From: Candidatus Altimarinota bacterium
GTDB lineage: Bacteria; Patescibacteriota; Gracilibacteria; UBA4473
NCBI GenBank assembly: GCA_965231215.1
Contig: OZ246423.1
Coordinates: 768,001 to 832,000 of the forward strand
Direction of reading: 5' to 3'
Length of the DNA: 64,000 nt
Shown here piece after piece: positions 20,022 through 30,400 of this stretch (the first letter of the stretch is position 1; every line of letters begins with the position of its first letter). The position numbers and the translations under genes were made by a program. The notes beneath the pieces are model-generated. The model searched no databases. It saw only the letters and a program-made list of their open reading frames with translations, and was not told where the DNA came from.

Positions 20022-20603
20022 ATGAAGAGAAACTTAGACGGAGGTCAAGATCAAGGAGCAGTAATAATTAATCTGACTGATTTTAGAAAAGAAACGAGCG
20101 GAGGAGAATTGGCTGAAGAAGTTAACCAAGAAATGTCTGAGGAGCTTTCTCAGCTTTTAAATTTTGAAGCTAAAGCTTTGTATGATTTGCGTCATCTACC
20201 TAAAAATAAGCAAATATTTGATAAATTTGATCAAAAAGCTATTTCAAGAGTAGAAGAAGTACTTGCAGCAGATGGCTTTGCCGTTGACGAAGATGCAGAA
20301 GTAGCTTTTGATATGGCTGAAGGTAAGTTTGTGCTGAAGACTCCCTTAGAGAACGGAGCAAGCCGTAATCTTGTTTTGGAAGATGTAATAGAGCAAGCTC
20401 TTTTAGAAGGAAGGTCTCCTAGTGAAGAAAATCTAAGTCTTGATCTGTATAGTTTCTGTTTGGTTTTGGATGAAATGGTATCAAGAAATATTACGGAACC
20501 AGATAAAATTGAAATTATAAATAGTGAAGCAAAAATCCTTTTTAATAAACTAGTACCACCAGATGGAGGTGGTGGAACGTCTCTTGATGTAGCAGCGGCT
20601 TAG
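20022..20603 (+). CDS. Acidic hypothetical protein
   Basis: 193 aa ORF; no recognisable domain. Confidence 0.65.
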   Translation: MKRNLDGGQDQGAVIINLTDFRKETSGGELAEEVNQEMSEELSQLLNFEAKALYDLRHLPKNKQIFDKFDQKAISRVEEVLAADGFAVDEDAEVAFDMAEGKFVLKTPLENGASRNLVLEDVIEQALLEGRSPSEENLSLDLYSFCLVLDEMVSRNITEPDKIEIINSEAKILFNKLVPPDGGGGTSLDVAAA

Positions 20604-21769
20604 CTATCCAAAAGTATCTCTAACATCCGCTTCTTTGTTTCTGCGAGGTTGTAGTGTTTTTTTACAAATGCATGCGCGTTTTCGGTAAGTATTGAGGTTT
20701 TTTGTGGGTTGTCCGCAAAATAGGCAATGGTTTCAGCGAGAGTCATAGCATTGCCGGTTTCACATAGCAGTATATTTGGGTCCTCAATTGAGATACCTGA
20801 TTTTTGGCAAAAATTGATATAGTTTTTGAGGGTTTCTTTTGGGCCGGTTTGGTCAAAAGCAATCACTAATTTTCCACAAGCTAAAGCCTCAATCACAACT
20901 CTTCCAAAGGTCTCTGGTTCTGTGGGAGTAAAGATAATGCAATCATATTGCATGATAGTTTCAAACACTTTTTCTGTATGAGGTTTTAGAGTGCAATTTT
21001 TGAGCGTCCTTTCTTTTATAAACGCTTTGATTTGGGTTTCATATTCTGTCGTAGCTGGGTCGCTGGCTACACTACTGCCTATAATAGTGAATTGGAGGTC
21101 AGGGTTTCTTTCTAGCAGTAAGTCGGCGGCTTCTATGAAATATTTTTGTCCTTTTCGTGGATCAATTCTCCCTATGTTCAAAATATTTCGGATTTCAGTA
21201 GGCGGCTGAGGGGTTGGAAAGTCTTCAAAATTTATTCCATTCTCTACAATTCGAATTTTTTTATGCTGTGATTCACTTAAATTTTTACGCACATAATTCC
21301 TGGTTGGAATCGAGTTTGAGATTATGATATCTGATTTTTTGCAAATATATTGCAAAAGGGATTTTGGCCGAGTAGTGAAATCGTGAAACATACACACCCA
21401 TTTGCCTCTCCATCCCCAAAATTTTAAGAAAGAGGCAATAAAATGAGTTCTAGGGGTATTGGTAAAAATCTGAGTTACGCCTTCTTTTTTGCAAATATTT
21501 TTTAACTTCCGTGCTTTAAAGAAAAGTTTCCATACGGCCAACATTTTTGCAAAAAATCCACCTTTAACTCTTGGATAATCAAATTCTATAATGGAAATGT
21601 TTTCCGGTAGCTTGGCCTTGTATTCTGGACTTTCGGCTCCTATAACAATGGGGTTTAGTCTTCTTATATCGTTAGAACTCAGACTGTTAAAAAAATCGAG
21701 TGAAAAGTATTCAGCTCCACCCAAGAATTCCCCTTGGTCTAAAAATGCTACTTTTCTTGGTCGTTTCAT
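20600..21769 (-). CDS. Glycosyltransferase family 4 (GT-B)
   Basis: GGAE, IGRIDPRKG and ETFGRVVIEALACG motifs. Confidence 0.92.
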   Translation of the reverse strand: MKRPRKVAFLDQGEFLGGAEYFSLDFFNSLSSNDIRRLNPIVIGAESPEYKAKLPENISIIEFDYPRVKGGFFAKMLAVWKLFFKARKLKNICKKEGVTQIFTNTPRTHFIASFLKFWGWRGKWVCMFHDFTTRPKSLLQYICKKSDIIISNSIPTRNYVRKNLSESQHKKIRIVENGINFEDFPTPQPPTEIRNILNIGRIDPRKGQKYFIEAADLLLERNPDLQFTIIGSSVASDPATTEYETQIKAFIKERTLKNCTLKPHTEKVFETIMQYDCIIFTPTEPETFGRVVIEALACGKLVIAFDQTGPKETLKNYINFCQKSGISIEDPNILLCETGNAMTLAETIAYFADNPQKTSILTENAHAFVKKHYNLAETKKRMLEILLDS

Positions 21770-21796
21770 ATGTGCACAGATTCTCCGTAATTGAGG

Positions 21797-23245
21797 TTAA
21801 AAATCAAGTTCGGCTTCAAATGGTTGTAAATACTTTTTTTGATAGGTGTATGAAAAAAGACTCCAAAAGGTGAGCATAAAAAGCATAAAACCGGTTATCA
21901 AACTCCAAAATTTTGAAATTTCAAAGTGACCAAATAAACTAAATATATGGGCGATCATAAGCAGTATTTCTATGCCTAAAAAGCTAGGAATAGAAATAAT
22001 CTCGCTGATGAAGGGAGGAGCACTACCAAGAAGACCTATAATGGTGTTGCTTAGCATCAGAAAGGGGACGAGTGGTTCGGCGAGTAAATTACTTAAAAAC
22101 CCACTAAAGGGGAAACTCCCAAAAGTATAAATTAGAACTGGAAATACTGCTATCTGAGCACAAAAACTTACCCCTAAAAGGAGCCTTAAATAATTATGAT
22201 TTTTTAGGAATGAAGTGTAATGCCAAAAGAGAGGCATGCCTAAAATGATGCCGAGTGTAGCTGAAAAACTCAGCCAGAAGCTTACATCCTGGAGAAGCAT
22301 TTTTGGATCCCACAAACTTAAAACTATTGCTGCAAATAAAATGAGATTTCGTGCATCACAAAATCGACCCAGGGCCAGACTAACGCCCGTAAGGCTTCCA
22401 AAAATGGCCGCTCTGAGAACTGGCGGATCAAAGCCAACCAAATTTACATACAGTAAGGTGCAAAAAATACTCAAAATCAATACGAGCCTGGGGCCCAGTG
22501 GTTTAAAAAAGATAATTAAGCAGGCTAAAAGCAACGTTATATTGGTTCCCGAAACCACCAGCAAATGCTGTAACCCAGAGGATTTAAAATCATGAGCTAT
22601 GGGTTTTGGGAGGGCTTCTTTAAGGCCAATAAGCACCCCTTGGGCAATCTGTTGATGTGGGGTTGGTAAATTGTTTTTTATGTTTTGAGAAAAGGATTTT
22701 CTTAGTTTTTGCAATAGTGAGGTATTTTTTTGTTTTACCCTTATTTTTGGATTTTTTATCTCGTAAAAAATATCAAATCGCGACCAATATTTTTGTAGAT
22801 CAAAATCGTCAGAAAAATTACGAATAGGCCTGATTTTGCCTTCTATTTCCAGTTGATCACCAATGGCATAATAAGGGTCAAGCTTGGTTATAATTAAGAT
22901 TTTAGGCTGAGTCTCTATGTTAAGGACTCGAGTTTGTAGGTATTGTTGAGTCAATTTTCTGTCTGGTTGTCGAATAATCTGAACGCTCAAATTAACAGTC
23001 TCAAATCTATATTTTTTGAGTAGATCAGGGGATGAAAAATAGAACTCATATAGCACTGGGTAGAGACAGCCAAAACTAAAACAAAAAAAGGCTAAATGCC
23101 AATATCTAAAGTGAGAAAAGACAACAATACTAGTAATTAAAAACAAAAGACTGCCTACATAGAGGTTTAAGTATTGAGATATATAAAGACCCATAAGGAA
23201 CCCAAATAAACTCCAGCGTAATTGCCAAGAAGGCAGGTGACTCAT
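21797..23245 (-). CDS. comEC: ComEC/Rec2 competence channel (no beta-lactamase domain)
   Basis: SGLQHLLVVSGTN, PPVLRA and SFWLSFSATLG motifs. Confidence 0.9.
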   Translation of the reverse strand: MSHLPSWQLRWSLFGFLMGLYISQYLNLYVGSLLFLITSIVVFSHFRYWHLAFFCFSFGCLYPVLYEFYFSSPDLLKKYRFETVNLSVQIIRQPDRKLTQQYLQTRVLNIETQPKILIITKLDPYYAIGDQLEIEGKIRPIRNFSDDFDLQKYWSRFDIFYEIKNPKIRVKQKNTSLLQKLRKSFSQNIKNNLPTPHQQIAQGVLIGLKEALPKPIAHDFKSSGLQHLLVVSGTNITLLLACLIIFFKPLGPRLVLILSIFCTLLYVNLVGFDPPVLRAAIFGSLTGVSLALGRFCDARNLILFAAIVLSLWDPKMLLQDVSFWLSFSATLGIILGMPLFWHYTSFLKNHNYLRLLLGVSFCAQIAVFPVLIYTFGSFPFSGFLSNLLAEPLVPFLMLSNTIIGLLGSAPPFISEIISIPSFLGIEILLMIAHIFSLFGHFEISKFWSLITGFMLFMLTFWSLFSYTYQKKYLQPFEAELDF

Positions 23246-23308
23246 TGGCTGTATTGTGTAGAGAATTTGCTTTCAATAAAGGTTTAAACTTTGGTGAAAG
23301 TTAATCTT

Positions 23309-24394
23309 TTATTGAAAGTAGTTAAAGGGATTTACTTTCCGACCTCTTATACGAAGTTCAAAATGCAGGTGGATTCCTGTAGCCCCAAAAACCCGTCCAC
23401 TGTTTCCCATTAGCGCCACGAGTTGACCTGATTTTACAGTGTCACCTTCCCTTACTTTTAGGACTTGATTATGGGCATAGAGCGTTTCCACGCCATTGCC
23501 ATGATCAATAATAAGGTAGGTTCCATATCCATAATTCCATCCACCACTCCGAGCAAGTTTAATAGTGCCCCCGGCAGAAGCGTAGATAGGAGTATTTCTT
23601 TTATTGGCAATATCTATAGCGTAATGACCACGCTTATAGCCCTGGGTTAAGACGCCACGTGTAGGACGAATAAGTCTAAATCCAATAGATTCAATTCCTT
23701 GGCTTGTAGAGCTCCCAGCTCTTCCATAAGTAGGGTTGTAGTTACTGCCTGCGAATTTAGGTTTTGAAGCTACATAAACTCTTTGGGCGCCTGGAACAAA
23801 GAGCTCTTGATCAACTTTTACTACATCTTTTTTGAGGGCATTATAGGCTCTGATTTTGCTAATATCTACGCTATGGGCTTTTGCAATTTCTCCAAGAGTG
23901 TCATTGTTTTGAACCTTGTAATACACCCCGTCGGTAGGCGGTATTTTTAGCTTGTCTCCAACCTGGAGACTTTGTTTAGCATTAATATCATTGGCCCACA
24001 GAATCGTAGAAATTTTAAGCCCAAACTTATGCGCAATTTTTGAGACATTGTCCCCTGTTTTTACGGTATAATACATAGTATTGTCCCGTTTTTTCATAAT
24101 AACTCTTTTGCCATCCGCATCTTCTACCAAAATTTGTCTAAGGCCAGCGGTATCAACGCCTACTGAGTTTTCTAAAAACCCTGGTTCTAAAACTTGTAAG
24201 AAATTTTTTGATTCAGAGGCTCCAAAGTCTTCAAAGCTCTGCAATTGGCTAAAATAGGGAGGGCGAAAACTCAGCAAAAAAAACAGTAAAAACGTCAAAC
24301 ACATTAGCTGAAAGCCAAAGGGTGAATTGAGTGCTCTTTGGACGAGTAATTTTCTCATACTGAGCCAATATAGTGCTCTAGATTCCAATGTCAA
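23309..24394 (-). CDS. LysM x2 + M23 peptidase
   Basis: Two YxVxxGD-type LysM repeats; HYAIDIA, YAH and HLHFE motifs. Confidence 0.92.
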   Translation of the reverse strand: MTLESRALYWLSMRKLLVQRALNSPFGFQLMCLTFLLFFLLSFRPPYFSQLQSFEDFGASESKNFLQVLEPGFLENSVGVDTAGLRQILVEDADGKRVIMKKRDNTMYYTVKTGDNVSKIAHKFGLKISTILWANDINAKQSLQVGDKLKIPPTDGVYYKVQNNDTLGEIAKAHSVDISKIRAYNALKKDVVKVDQELFVPGAQRVYVASKPKFAGSNYNPTYGRAGSSTSQGIESIGFRLIRPTRGVLTQGYKRGHYAIDIANKRNTPIYASAGGTIKLARSGGWNYGYGTYLIIDHGNGVETLYAHNQVLKVREGDTVKSGQLVALMGNSGRVFGATGIHLHFELRIRGRKVNPFNYFQ

Positions 24395-24400
24395 AGGGGG

Positions 24401-26764
24401 CTAAAACTCTTGAGAAAGCTGCTCTTCAATCCGTGTTTTTAGTTCTGAATTGAGGGTTTTAATATTGAAACTTTCATCTTCAAGTTTGAATTGGTTTCTG
24501 CCTGATTGGACATTTACTTCGCCTATCTTTTCTGTATCGCTATTATAGATAAATTCCAATCGGTATTGGTTATCGAGTATGGCATTTGTAATTTCAAATT
24601 CCGTAAAGTCATTATTGGTAATAGTTACGTCATTTCGGCTTACAACCACGTTTTGAGATTCCAAAGTTTTTACAACAAGAGTTCTTAGCACTATAGCGGT
24701 ATCGGTATTATTGGCTGGCCCTTCATCAATCTCTATTACTTGGGTTTGGTTATTATTTTCTTCTGACATTCGGGCCAACATTTGAGGGAAAATATCGGCC
24801 GTAATATCAATTAAGCTACTATTTTCAGAAACAGTCCCCACTTTAAGGAAGCTAAATATTTGGCTTTGAGTTTGAAATGTTCCAGAAACTTTGTGCTTGT
24901 TGAAACTAACATCGCTAAAGAGTAGGAAAGTGTTTCCATCAGATTTTTCTTTTCTCCGAATTACCACGCCTTGCGTATTAATACCACTATCAAAGAGTAA
25001 TTTTTCCAGTCCTTCTTCGTCTTGAATCCCAAAGGCTTCTTCGGCTACAGGGTTTTGGTTTTCTTGTATGGTTTGTTCAATTTCTTGGAATTTCCATCGG
25101 GCGGTTTGAAGGAGTGACTGTTGTTCTCGAATATTTTCTAGATCTTCTTCAGAGAGTTTGCTGTTGTTAATAAATTGAACGAGCTCAATCGTTTCGGTTT
25201 CTTCAGAAGTAAAGAAGTCACGTCCAAATTCTGTTGCAATTTTATCAATATCTAAACGTTTGTAGGTTCTAACCAATATTTGGGAAATCTCTTTGGCGCT
25301 TTCAATATCAATAAACTCTTTTAAGAAAAATAGAATGTTTTGAGCCGTTTCAAGTGAAATTTCGTTTTTTTGTTGATTGTTATCTAGGTAGAGAGAGAGC
25401 TCTTCAACTACCAAATCTCCATAGAGTTTAAAGCTGGATTCATTTCGCAAAAAAGGCTCATATTTAAGAAGTTCAAAAAGCAGGCGTCTAATCCGGGTTA
25501 AATCTTCTCTATTTTCAGTCGTAATATCATTAATGGTTTCAAAAGATTCAGAAAGAGCTTGGAAATTTTCTTGGGCTTTGTTACTAAATCCTCGTGAAAT
25601 TACCTGTTCGCTTTGGGTAAACTTTTTTTTGAACTCAGCAAAAGAAGTAATTTCGTTTTGTGGGAACCAAACCGTATTAAAGAGCTGTTCAGGTTCGTCT
25701 GGAAATATATTTCGTAGCCAAATTCTTTGAGATCTACTAAAGATTTCCCAAGATTTAGCATAATCTGGGTTTTCTATCAAAAACCGATTCCATTCATGGC
25801 TTTTTAGAGTTTGGGCAAAAACTTCTGCGGAACTTTGAGCCTCAGAGATGTTATTATTTTCAAAAGCAAAAAAAGCATCTATGAGGGTTTTTCTAAAATA
25901 ATTAAATTGATATTCTCTTTTGAACTGTTTATCGATGCCTGCGGCATAGTGTCTTTGGAGGTATTCTACGACCTGCATAATAGTGCCCATGGCGCTACTG
26001 GGTTTAAACCGAGACCAATTTAAAGCTATGGATTGAGCATAGTTTTCAATGAGTTGAAATTGTTGATCTCTTGCTACTAACGCTGATTTTACCTGAGATA
26101 TCAAGATAGCATCTGCTTCTGAAAGTGCTTCTTCAGAGGGGTTTAGGTAAGACATTTGGAACTCCTTTTTAAGCTTTGTATAAAACAGTTTTCCTGTTCG
26201 CTCAATGCGTGAATCTTTCATTTTTACCTTGTTTCTTGGGGGTAAAACGAAAGGCGTTTCAGCTCCAGGTAAAAAGATAGAAATTGCGTGGTCATGGGCG
26301 TAAACAATGGTTTCTTCACGGATATTGTCCCGAATTATAAAACTACTAGCGCCAGGAATACTGACCACAATTTTCCCCACTTTTATTTGGCCTACGTTTA
26401 GTGAAAACTGCTCAGGATCAAAGTTTGGGACAAAATTTTTGTGAGAAACAAGCTTGTCATTCTCCCCAATAAAATTAGCGCTAAAAAAGAGCTTTCCTTT
26501 TACCAATTCCCTACTTGCCCCTTTGAAGTTAAGAGCACTATCGGGGAATACTTCTAAGAATTCACCATCTTTAGTAAAAATATACCGAGAGTCTTCATTT
26601 TCCCCTATTTCTATAACTTCATTGATAGTTTCGGCTTCCTTAAACGGGTTTGGAACTGATATTTCCTTATTAAATCGGGCTTGTTCAGTAATAAAAATAC
26701 CCGCGAAAAATAGCAACGCGATACTTGAAGCAATAAAAAACTGACTACTTTTTAAACTTTTCAT
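24401..26764 (-). CDS. Large membrane-anchored hypothetical protein (possible FecR-like N-terminal domain)
   Basis: N-terminal TM helix; 787 aa; beta-rich region followed by a helical region. Confidence 0.6.
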   Translation of the reverse strand: MKSLKSSQFFIASSIALLFFAGIFITEQARFNKEISVPNPFKEAETINEVIEIGENEDSRYIFTKDGEFLEVFPDSALNFKGASRELVKGKLFFSANFIGENDKLVSHKNFVPNFDPEQFSLNVGQIKVGKIVVSIPGASSFIIRDNIREETIVYAHDHAISIFLPGAETPFVLPPRNKVKMKDSRIERTGKLFYTKLKKEFQMSYLNPSEEALSEADAILISQVKSALVARDQQFQLIENYAQSIALNWSRFKPSSAMGTIMQVVEYLQRHYAAGIDKQFKREYQFNYFRKTLIDAFFAFENNNISEAQSSAEVFAQTLKSHEWNRFLIENPDYAKSWEIFSRSQRIWLRNIFPDEPEQLFNTVWFPQNEITSFAEFKKKFTQSEQVISRGFSNKAQENFQALSESFETINDITTENREDLTRIRRLLFELLKYEPFLRNESSFKLYGDLVVEELSLYLDNNQQKNEISLETAQNILFFLKEFIDIESAKEISQILVRTYKRLDIDKIATEFGRDFFTSEETETIELVQFINNSKLSEEDLENIREQQSLLQTARWKFQEIEQTIQENQNPVAEEAFGIQDEEGLEKLLFDSGINTQGVVIRRKEKSDGNTFLLFSDVSFNKHKVSGTFQTQSQIFSFLKVGTVSENSSLIDITADIFPQMLARMSEENNNQTQVIEIDEGPANNTDTAIVLRTLVVKTLESQNVVVSRNDVTITNNDFTEFEITNAILDNQYRLEFIYNSDTEKIGEVNVQSGRNQFKLEDESFNIKTLNSELKTRIEEQLSQEF

Positions 26765-26902
26765 GATAAATTCCGTTCATTATAGCTTAAATACACTATT
26801 TTTTCAATTATTTAGGCTTCACTTTTTGTGTAAATTATTTGCTTTTTTTTGAAATTTTTTCACAATTGAAATGAAAGGAATAATTTGTCAAATACCTAAA
26901 AC

Positions 26903-28705
26903 ATGAAAGGGGTTATTTTAGCTGGAGGTACGGGAAGTCGTTTGTATCCTTGTACAAAGGTTACAAACAAGCATCTTTTACCGGTTTTTAATAAACCTAT
27001 GATTTACTATCCTATAGAGACCTTAAAGCGCTCTGGGATTAACGATATCCTGATTATTTCTAGCCCAGAACATGCTGGAGATTTTATGCAATTGCTGGGT
27101 TCTGGAGCTGATTTTGACGCTAATTTTACCTACAAGATACAAGACGGAGCCGGAGGCATTGCCCAGGCACTTAGTTTGGCTGAGGATTTTGCCCAAGAAG
27201 ACAGTATTGCGGTTATCCTTTCGGATAATATTTTTGAAGATAGCTTTGCTGATGATGTGCTCTACTTCAGGAAAGGCGCTCAGATATTTGTAAAAGAAGT
27301 AGAAGATCCGTCTCGATTTGGGGTAGTAGAGCTTAAAGAAGACGGAACCGTACGTTCTGTTGAAGAGAAACCAGCCTTCCCAAAATCAAACTTTGTTCAG
27401 ACTGGATTTTATATTTATGACAGCCAGGTTTTTGATTTTATTAGACAGATTGGCCCTTCTAAGCGAGGAGAATTAGAAATTACAGATGTAAATAATCTAT
27501 ACCTTGATAAACAGCAGCTAAAAGCCCGAACCTTTGGAGGTATGTGGGCTGATGCGGGAACTCATGAATCGCTTCTTGAAGCTAATATTTTGGCTCATGA
27601 AGCCTTTAGTGGGGAATCACTCAGAATTAAATCCGAAGCGGAAGCACAGCTAGAGGTACATCACTATGCCCCTAAGGTAACCGTAGGCCTTCTTACGTGC
27701 AACTCTGAAGGCTATATTGAGCCATGCCTTAAATCTTTACTGGCTCAGGATTACGAAAATTTAGAAATTGTGATGCTGGACAATCACTCTGTAGATGAAA
27801 CCCGGAGTATTGTTAAGAGCCAGTTTGAAGGCGATGTAAAACTCATTGAATCTGAAGAGAATTTAGGTTTTGGGAGAGGGCATAACCGAATTGTGAATGA
27901 GACTGAAGGCGATTTTTATGCTTGTGTAAACATTGATATGGTTTTTGAACCAAACTTTATTTCTACCCTCGTAAAAGCCATATCAGAAAAACCAATCTAT
28001 GGATCAAGTGGAGGGAAAATTAAGCGATGGGACTTTAAAGGCTATCAAGAAAATCAAGGCGCCATAAAAGAAATGGGCAAAACTAATTTTATTGACTCAG
28101 TAGGGATTCGAATGCTTCGGAACCACCGGTTTGAAGATATGGGACAGGGAGAAGTAGACCACGGCCAATATGATGAAGGAAAAGACCTGTTTGGAATTTC
28201 TGGTGCGGCTGTTTTGTACCGTAGAAAAGCCTTAGAAGATGTAAGTTTTGTAAATGAAAAAGGAGTTAAAGAATACTTTGATGAAGCTATGTTTATGTAC
28301 AAAGAAGACATTGACCTGTCTTACCGATTGCAGTGGGCTGGATGGAAATGTAGATATACACCGCAAGCGATTGCGTATCATGACCGAACGGTTAAATCTC
28401 TTGGTCAGAGTACTTGGGAGATTGTTAAAAATCGGCACAAAAAACCGTCACGAATTAACCAGATGTCTTATTTGAATCATCAAATTTTACTGCAAAAAAA
28501 CTATGCGGATGACTTTTCTATAGGCGTTAGAAGTGCGACTGGATGGTACAATTTTAAGATCTTTATGTATTTACTTTTGTTTGAACAAGAAACGCTTGGA
28601 CAATGGTGGAAATTGATGAAACTCCGTAAAAAAATTAAAGATCAGCGGCACACTATGCCTCGTAGAGTTACACAGGCAGAGATTGAAAAGTTGATGGAGA
28701 TATAA
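26903..28705 (+). CDS. Sugar-1-phosphate nucleotidyltransferase (RmlA/SpsI-like) fused to a GT2 glycosyltransferase
   Basis: GVILAGGTGSRLYP, RGELEITD and WADAGT; then LDNHSVD, NLGFGRGHN and FMYKEDIDLSYR. Confidence 0.88.
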   Translation: MKGVILAGGTGSRLYPCTKVTNKHLLPVFNKPMIYYPIETLKRSGINDILIISSPEHAGDFMQLLGSGADFDANFTYKIQDGAGGIAQALSLAEDFAQEDSIAVILSDNIFEDSFADDVLYFRKGAQIFVKEVEDPSRFGVVELKEDGTVRSVEEKPAFPKSNFVQTGFYIYDSQVFDFIRQIGPSKRGELEITDVNNLYLDKQQLKARTFGGMWADAGTHESLLEANILAHEAFSGESLRIKSEAEAQLEVHHYAPKVTVGLLTCNSEGYIEPCLKSLLAQDYENLEIVMLDNHSVDETRSIVKSQFEGDVKLIESEENLGFGRGHNRIVNETEGDFYACVNIDMVFEPNFISTLVKAISEKPIYGSSGGKIKRWDFKGYQENQGAIKEMGKTNFIDSVGIRMLRNHRFEDMGQGEVDHGQYDEGKDLFGISGAAVLYRRKALEDVSFVNEKGVKEYFDEAMFMYKEDIDLSYRLQWAGWKCRYTPQAIAYHDRTVKSLGQSTWEIVKNRHKKPSRINQMSYLNHQILLQKNYADDFSIGVRSATGWYNFKIFMYLLLFEQETLGQWWKLMKLRKKIKDQRHTMPRRVTQAEIEKLMEI

Positions 28706-28749
28706 TTTTCAGGGAAAACCACGAGACCTTAAAATCCTTTATTGTTTAA

Positions 28750-29190
28750 TTAGAGAATTTTTTCGAGCTCTTTTTTGAAGGTTTCAACGTCTTTGAATTG
28801 TTTATAAACTGAAGCAAACCGAATAAAGGCAATTTCATCAATATCTCGGAGCATTTCTACTACATCTTCACCAATTTCGGTAGTGTGGACTTCTTTTTTT
28901 TGAGACCATTTTTCTTCAAGTTCCGAAATTTTTTCACGAATTTTGCTCAGCGAAACGCGTCTTTTCCCACAGGCAATAAGAATCGCTTTTTCTAGTTTTT
29001 CTCTATCGTAAGGCTCAGTGCTTCCGTCTTTTTTATGAACCATAACATTGGAGGTCTGGGCTTTTTCAAACGTAGTGAATCGGAATTCACATTTTTCACA
29101 TTCACGCCTTCTCCGGATAGAAGTGCCATTGTCTGAAACTCGTGAATCAATCACTTTTGTACTTTCAAATCCACAACTAGGACATTTCAT
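28750..29190 (-). CDS. nrdR: Transcriptional repressor NrdR
   Basis: MKCPSC, VIDSR, IRRRRECEKC, ATP cone and IRFASVY. Confidence 0.97.
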   Translation of the reverse strand: MKCPSCGFESTKVIDSRVSDNGTSIRRRRECEKCEFRFTTFEKAQTSNVMVHKKDGSTEPYDREKLEKAILIACGKRRVSLSKIREKISELEEKWSQKKEVHTTEIGEDVVEMLRDIDEIAFIRFASVYKQFKDVETFKKELEKIL

Positions 29191-29233
29191 AAAAAGGTTC
29201 TAACGAAAATTTATCAAATGATCAATAAAAAAG

Positions 29234-29254
29234 TGGTATCCCCGCTTCGGAATC
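29234..29254 (-). repeat. Duplicated 3' end of tRNA-Arg(TCT)
   Basis: TGGTATCCCCGCT is identical at 29234-29246 and 29385-29397, and both copies are followed by GGAATC. Confidence 0.7.
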
Positions 29255-29384
29255 TTCTTATCTAAACAAAGTTTAGAACGAAGCGTTCAGCACCAAATCA
29301 AAGATTTGGGCTTGCCGTCGAACCTACGGTTCAATTCCTGGCAATTAGCCAAAAAACTATAAGAAAAAATTATACTTTTTTAGC

Positions 29385-29459
29385 TGGTATCCCCGCTAGG
29401 AATCGAACCTAGATTTTGGCCTTAGAAGGGCCCTATTCTATCCATTGAATTACGGGGAC
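29385..29459 (-). tRNA. tRNA-Arg (TCT)
   Basis: GTCCCCG acceptor strand, anticodon loop ctTCTaa, CTAGG-TTCGATT-CCTAG T arm, CCA. Confidence 0.93.
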
Positions 29460-29608
29460 GTCGTCGTTGGTGACTTTATTCACTCCGTTTAGTTTTTCAA
29501 ACAAAAATTGCGCTCATTCTGTGATCTCCTCCTCTCAAAAAAGGCGCACTTAAATTTTTTTTAAAGATTCTAACACTCTCCGCCTTTTTTGGGGATCTCA
29601 AATTAAGT

Positions 29609-30400
29609 TTAGTTTTCAAAAAAAGCATTACCCATAACTTCGGGTTCGAGTTCTTGGTCGTGCCAGATTTTGAATTGTTCTAGGGCTTGGTATACCAGCA
29701 TAAGATCACCCGTAATCGTTTGAGCTCCACTATCGGCTGCATCAGATAAGAACTTGGTTTCCAACGGATCATAGACAATATCAAAAGCCGTATGATTAGG
29801 GGTCCAGAATGAGGCTGGCAGGAGAGATTTCCATTCTTTAAGCCCTACCGAAGTTGTATTAATAACCAGATCAAAATTATCTGGATTTAATGCCTGTAGG
29901 TTTTCTACAGCATCAACTTCAAATTCATCGGCTAAAGTTTGGGCTTTGGATTCGGTTCGGTTCCAAATATAGATCTCTGATTCGGCTACTTTCAAAGCAA
30001 AAATAATAGCTCTTGAGGCTCCTCCAGCCCCTAAAACCAAAACCTTTTTTCCTTGAAGATTGGGGATTTCTGACTGAAGCGCTTTGAGGGCGCCAACACA
30101 GTCGGTGTTGGTGCCGCACAGCACATCATTTTCCCAGTAAAGGGTGTTGATAGCTCCAATAGCCTGGGCGGCATCGGTTACTTTTTCCACAAAAGGAAAA
30201 AGGGTTTCTTTATGCGGAATGGTTACGGCTAATCCGTGATAGTCTTTTACCTTTAATTTCAGCCACTGTTCGAGACTTTCGGGGGCTATGTCCACTTTTT
30301 CAAACGTGGCATCAATTTCCAGCTCTACAAAACCAGCCTGGTGTAAGGTAGGGGATTTAGAGTGTTCTATTGGGTGACCTATGACAGCAAATTTTTTCAT
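29609..30400 (-). CDS. aroE: Shikimate dehydrogenase
   Basis: HSKSP, VTIPHKE, GAINT, NTD, LGAGGA and DIVY motifs. Confidence 0.95.
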   Translation of the reverse strand: MKKFAVIGHPIEHSKSPTLHQAGFVELEIDATFEKVDIAPESLEQWLKLKVKDYHGLAVTIPHKETLFPFVEKVTDAAQAIGAINTLYWENDVLCGTNTDCVGALKALQSEIPNLQGKKVLVLGAGGASRAIIFALKVAESEIYIWNRTESKAQTLADEFEVDAVENLQALNPDNFDLVINTTSVGLKEWKSLLPASFWTPNHTAFDIVYDPLETKFLSDAADSGAQTITGDLMLVYQALEQFKIWHDQELEPEVMGNAFFEN

